A DNA stretch of 64,000 nucleotides, taken from assembly GCA_002189035.1 (NCBI GenBank), contig CM007989.1:6138001-6202000 (forward strand), in the 5' to 3' direction. This DNA is from Utricularia gibba (lineage: Eukaryota > Plantae > Magnoliophyta). Shown piece after piece: positions 61,101-64,000 of the stretch (within the stretch, counting starts at the first letter, position 1; every line of letters starts with the position of its first letter). The notes under the pieces are model-generated. The model saw only the letters and a program-made list of their open reading frames with translations, was not told where the DNA came from and did not search any database. The position numbers and the translations under genes are program-made.

Positions 61101-62585
61101 ACTTGGAATATTATGTAACCTAAATCTCTCCGTTGTCTTTCAAAATCTGCGATGTTAGGTTTTTGAACTACACCAGCTTATGTTGAACAAAGGAGCCGCT
61201 GTTGTTCTTTTCTACTAGGGATTCATACAAATTCCTGAGATAAAATCAACAATACAATACAAATGCGCATAATATTTAAAAATATTGGAATTTTTTATTC
61301 TGAGAAAATAGAAAAGAAAATACGACGTTTGATATTATAATTGTAAAAGACGCTCAGGTAGGGCCTGACTACTACGAATTGTTCTTTTAAAATATTTATG
61401 GTTAATAAATTAAGAATGCTATTATTCCATCGATTTTGGGACTGGTCTGGTCTGTATGAGATGCCGTGTCAATCTCATTCTTCTCGTTTTTTTTTTTCCT
61501 TTTATTTTTTGAAAAAAAAATATTCAGCGTACGTTGACCAATGGGTTTCTCACTTTCACGAGATATTGTGAATCACATGTCACTCAAATCAGGGAGCCAA
61601 TGTTTGTTCTTGTTCAATAAGGCAAGCCAAATAAAAGGATCTATACCAAACCCTTCAATTTTTTTTTCCATAATCCAAATTATCCCATACTTTAAACATT
61701 CTTAATTATAACTTCCATCACATCATGAAAAAGCATAAGATCTTTAGAAAATCTAAAGACATGTGTTTGATAGTTGAATATGCTGCAAATAACCACGGGC
61801 GGAATGTAGTGGGGGCGGGGGGGAAATTAACACGAACAAGGCTAATAGTAATACACACTATTAAAATTAAAAGAATATGGCAGAATGAGAAATTAAAATT
61901 ATAATTAATCAAAATTACACTAGAATGCAAGAAAATGAAATATTTTTTTATTTTGATTTTTCATTCTTTCCTAATAAGATTATTTTCAATAATATCCCTT
62001 TTTTATTTTGCATTTCAATTCCTTTTTTTTCAAAAAATTTTTCTCATTTTTCTCTTCGAGGGTAATCAACATTTTTATAAAAAAAAATACTCTGGAACAA
62101 GATTTGGAAATTATTCATTATTGGAAACCATTTCTTTTAAACAGGTCAAAACCAAGGTTAATTTTAGTATGGTTGGAAAGTCTCGGACTCAACATGTTAG
62201 GAACACAAGGAACACGACAAAAAGACAAAGCAGCCAAATAGTTGCATGTTTTTTCTATGTTTGACTGGTACTTACAAAATACTGCTCAGTTTTATATATA
62301 CTTTTCTAAAACTCCAAATTTAATGACACATGATCATTTTTTAATTCGCTTTTGTTCTCACGGGTCAAACATTGTGGATTTAGCACCATATTTTTTAAGA
62401 AAACCTTAATTATGATTTTTTTTTCCGGAGGGGTGGCGTCGTGGGGTGGACTAGTCGCCAACGTCACGTAAAGGACTAGAAAAACCAAAATCTGACAATC
62501 AAGAAGGAAGAATTGTCTGAGCTCCTTCCGTTCCCACTTTTTTCAAGTCCTCGTTCTCATTTCATACCTCCCTTGAAAGTTGAAT

Positions 62586-62608
62586 CTGTCTGTCTGTCTG
62601 TCTGTCTG
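62586..62608. repeat. (CTGT)n microsatellite in the laccase 5' region
   Basis: tctgtctgtctgtctgtctgtctg. Confidence 0.9.
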
Positions 62609-62664
62609 TATATATAGGCTTCTTCCTGCAACTGGGAAACCAACAAGACTTGCCTTTTTCCCAA

Positions 62665-64000
62665 ATGTCTCCGATGAACGCCATGCTCGCCCTCTTTCTG
62701 GCCCTCCTTTTGGGGCATCTCAATCTCGGTCTCGCCATCCTTCATCACCATACCTTCGTGGTAAGCAACTGCAACTGCAACTGCAACTGGATATGCATAT
62801 GCAAAACCCCAACTCCAGCTTCCTTTAACTTCGTGTTTGGTTGCAGATCACGGAGTCCCAGTACACCAGGCTGTGCAGCACCAAGAACATACTAACCGTA
62901 AACGGACGATTTCCAGGGCCCCCGGTGTTCGTTGCGCAAGGCGACACCATTGTCATTGACGTTGTCAACCAAGCCAGCGAGAACATCACCATCCATTGGT
63001 AGGTCAAGTGATATACTCGGCGTAGGGTAGTCAGAGACGTGTTCAACAAAGGAACACACAGGAAGGGGCCCGACGAAATCGAAACTAATGAGCTTATTGT
63101 TTTTTTTTTTTTTGTTTGTTTTCAAGGCATGGGGTCAAACAGGATCGATATCCCTGGTCTGATGGACCCGAGTACATCACCCAGTGCCCCATTCGCCCCG
63201 GCGGAAGGTTCCGACAGAGGCTGGTGATGACCGACGAGATCGGAACCCTGTGGTGGCACGCGCACAGCGACTGGTCCAGGGCCACTGTTCACGGTCCGCT
63301 TATTGTCTACCCAACCAACGGATCTCGATACCCCTTCCCTCAGCCTCACAGGGAGATTCCCTCATACTAGGTACATTTCAAATCTGCACACCTTTCACAT
63401 TTTAAACGTGACAAAATATTCTCCCTCACACACATGTTAGAAAATACTAGGAAAACAGCGTTATGAAAAATTTTTGAAATCTAAAAAGCTTTTTTTTTTT
63501 TTTGTTTTAACACATCTTGTGCTTTTATATCTAAAAATTAAAAATAAAATTAGTTTTCTTTTTTACTTTTATTTTTATAAAAAATATTTTATTTCTTAAT
63601 CAATCGTGAAGGCGAGTGGTGGAAGAGCGATATTCAAGCCGTCCTCAGCGAATTCCAGCGGACCGGAGGGGATCCCAACGTTTCCGATGCATTTCTCATC
63701 AACGGCCAGCCCGGTGTTCTGTACAATTGTTCCGTTCAAGGTCAGCGTTGTTTTAAATTTCCTCGAAATTTCATGTTTTCGATTTTTTTAAAATTTGATC
63801 ATTTAATGGAGATTTCAATTTTTGTTGTGCTGCTAATTGGACACGTGCGTAATATTTTGATCAACAGATGTATTCAGAATGAGAGTGTCGTACGGGAGAA
63901 CGTATTTGATACGAATGGTGAATGCCGTGATGAACAACATAATGTTCTTCAAGATCGCCAATCACAGCGTCGTCGTCGTGGGATCCGACGGCGCCTACCT
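62665..64000 (+). CDS. LAC: Laccase (LAC14/LAC15-like), 5' part, runs off the window; apparent 1-nt deletion at the end of exon 3
   Basis: Exons 62665-62760, 62847-62998, 63127-63370, 63612-63740, 63868-end; signal peptide; copper motifs HWHG and WWHAH; [36 protein letters not shown]. Confidence 0.92.
62766..62790. repeat. (CAACTG)n repeat in laccase intron 1
   Basis: caactgcaactgcaactgcaactg. Confidence 0.9.

Noticed and set aside
60786-61158. Overlapping ORFs (90 aa minus, 109 aa plus) at the PROPEP locus
   Set aside because: The frame starting at ATG 60822 carries the recognisable PROPEP motifs; the others are GC-rich shadow frames
61790-61830. hAT-like start CACGGGCGGAA...GGGGCGGGGGGG
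   Set aside because: No matching inverted terminus or 8-bp TSD found
61935-62264. 109-aa Phe-rich ORF upstream of the laccase
   Set aside because: Low-complexity T-rich intergenic sequence, no coding signature

Overview
Plant (eudicot, probably asterid; inferred from protein similarity only) nuclear DNA. About 60% is a graveyard of nested transposons. It holds Athila-type Ty3/gypsy elements of at least three LTR families (here called A/D, B and C), several degenerate Ty1/copia elements, an internally deleted PIF/Harbinger transposase and hAT-type MITEs, several with intact target-site duplications (TSDs). Five host genes can be modelled by eye: a GH3 beta-D-xylosidase (BXL7-like, 31586-34572, +), a convergent TGA-class bZIP factor (34857-36667, -), a 68-aa intronless small protein (57930-58136, +), an intronless 92-aa PROPEP-like elicitor-peptide precursor (60822-61100, +) and the 5' part of a LAC14/15-like laccase (62665 to the window end, +). 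The most interesting item is the PROPEP-like gene: it has a tomato-Pep-like core with an atypical C-terminal extension, TGACG motifs in its promoter, and a TGA factor in the same window. The BXL and laccase genes each lack exactly one base in a short homopolymer, which suggests assembly indel errors rather than true pseudogenes. No prokaryotic systems, CRISPR arrays, rRNA or tRNA genes are visible. All alignments and counts were done by eye and need computational confirmation.
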